A stretch of 45,738 nucleotides of DNA from positions 1 to 45,738 of the IMG/VR virus record IMGVR_UViG_3300037722_000105, one strand, 5' to 3'. Shown piece by piece: positions 44,568 through 45,738 of the stretch. Position 1 is the stretch's first letter. Every line of letters starts with the position of its first letter. Under the pieces are notes generated by a model. It ran no database searches and was not told the DNA's origin. It saw only the letters and a list, made by a program, of their open reading frames with translations. This DNA is from a virus (Duplodnaviria > Caudoviricetes). Made by a program: the position numbers and the translations under genes.

Positions 44568-45738
44568 TGGTCAGGCTTTCCCAGTATGGCGGGAACGTGC
44601 CTGCTAGTCTGGCTCCTCGCACTCCTATTACACGTTACGCTTTCAGAGATTTTTCGGGCGGCTGGCGTCCTGACAAGGAACCTGACCAGCTAGCCGAAAA
44701 TGAAATGTCAGACGTGTACAATCTTGAGTACATGCCAGGTGGTGGCGTGCGGAAACGTGGCGGATACACTGAGTTTACTAGTGCTGTTACTGACCTGGAT
44801 AATATAGAATTCTTCTTCGCCCCTAGAGTATACACTGTGGACGATACGGGTGCTGCCGCCCCGCAACCCGTGTTCAGACAGATATGTTTCGTGTTTAACA
44901 CGAGCGACGGGTCCATATATTATGAGCCGTTCGGTGATCTGGCTATTGATTTTGACGGTGGGGCTTCTAGCGCTCTGGTCGATTCGGGTCAGTCTCTTGG
45001 TAATGCTGGTGCTGCTTCGTCTAACTATTTTCGTATCTGGCCTATTAACGTGCTAACCTGGGAGGATAATATTTATATGACTTGTCTTCGTTATAACGGG
45101 TTTAGTGGCGGTTCGGGTGCGGGTGGCACCTGGCAGACGCAGAGCGGGGGTGGGTCTCCCGCATCTCCCAGCCTCCCCCTGCGTTACGACGCTCAGGACG
45201 ACACGTTTGCTCGTCCTGCCGTACATGATTTGGATGGGGACACTACAGGGTTTCCTCGTGCTCGTACTGCCATAACATATTATGATCGTATTTTCGCTGC
45301 TAACGTTCATAAGGCGGGCTTGTACCGTTACCCTTCTCGCATCTACTGGTCGAATGCTGGCACTGCGGAAACGTTCGAAACGAACTCGTACATTGATGTG
45401 GGCGCTGATGATGGTACGGAAATCGTAAGGATTCTTCCGTTCGGAGAGCAGATACTCATCTTCAAAAATAATAGCACGTGGACGCTAGTGGGCACTGATG
45501 AGGATACGTTCGCTCTATACCCTCTTGATAAGAGGATCGGTACGGAGGCGACTTATGGTGCTACTACTGCGTCGGGCGTAGCCTATTTTTTTGATACTGG
45601 AACTTGTACTGTCTGGCAGTATGATGGTGCACGGTTCGAAGATATTGGTCAGCCTATCTCTAAGTATGTGCGTGGTAATATGAACTTTAATGGCACGTCG
45701 AAGGCGCTACTGCAAGTATTCGACAACTACTTGTGGTT
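44567..45738 (+). CDS. Tail nozzle / tail tubular protein B-like, N-terminal part (continues at 1-674; absent from the ORF track)
   Basis: TAATG coupling; MVRL..RDFSGG..NE..N..GGVRKRGG, RIYWS beta-propeller-like motifs. Confidence 0.85.
   Translation, partial: MVRLSQYGGNVPASLAPRTPITRYAFRDFSGGWRPDKEPDQLAENEMSDVYNLEYMPGGGVRKRGGYTEFTSAVTDLDNIEFFFAPRVYTVDDTGAAAPQPVFRQICFVFNTSDGSIYYEPFGDLAIDFDGGASSALVDSGQSLGNAGAASSNYFRIWPINVLTWEDNIYMTCLRYNGFSGGSGAGGTWQTQSGGGSPASPSLPLRYDAQDDTFARPAVHDLDGDTTGFPRARTAITYYDRIFAANVHKAGLYRYPSRIYWSNAGTAETFETNSYIDVGADDGTEIVRILPFGEQILIFKNNSTWTLVGTDEDTFALYPLDKRIGTEATYGATTASGVAYFFDTGTCTVWQYDGARFEDIGQPISKYVRGNMNFNGTSKALLQVFDNYLW
45717..45738. repeat. Terminal direct repeat, copy 2
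   Basis: Identical to 1-22. Confidence 0.97.

Noticed and set aside
45717-45738. 22-bp terminal repeat as a biological terminal repeat or att site
   Set aside because: It lies inside a continuous tail gene and has a k-mer-like length; best explained as assembler overlap

Overview
The window is one complete, circularly permuted dsDNA phage genome. The first 22 nt repeat at 45717-45738, giving a unique length of 45,716 bp, and one tail gene reads in frame across the join. It has two arms. The plus-strand late arm (36537-45738 joined to 1-12867) carries terminase, a P22-like portal, scaffold, major capsid, adaptor and nozzle, tail spike/fibre, three ejection-type proteins and lysis genes. This is a podovirus-type layout with no tape measure. 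The minus-strand early/middle arm (about 35160 down to 12952) has a DnaB-like helicase, nucleases, an RNA ligase, nucleotide-pool enzymes and two sigma-like proteins. I could recognise no DNA polymerase, primase, RNA polymerase or integrase. An LPFTG sorting signal hints at a monoderm, probably actinobacterial, host (inference). Main observations: (1) a tightly coupled amide/peptide-ligation cluster of GATase II, two glutamine-synthetase-fold ligases, an ATP-grasp enzyme, a 2OG-Fe(II)-like enzyme and a GNAT, with an unannotated lipoprotein and a Glu/Pro-rich peptide upstream; (2) seven copies of a T7-promoter-like TAATAC-N8-CTA-N5/6-TGAA motif with no phage RNA polymerase; (3) a closed multi-hairpin ncRNA candidate beside two atypical tRNAs; (4) a truncated FtsH-like protein, a Fic protein and a sortase-type surface protein; (5) apparent absence of CCGG and CGCG. 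All family calls come from motif recognition by eye; no database searches were run.
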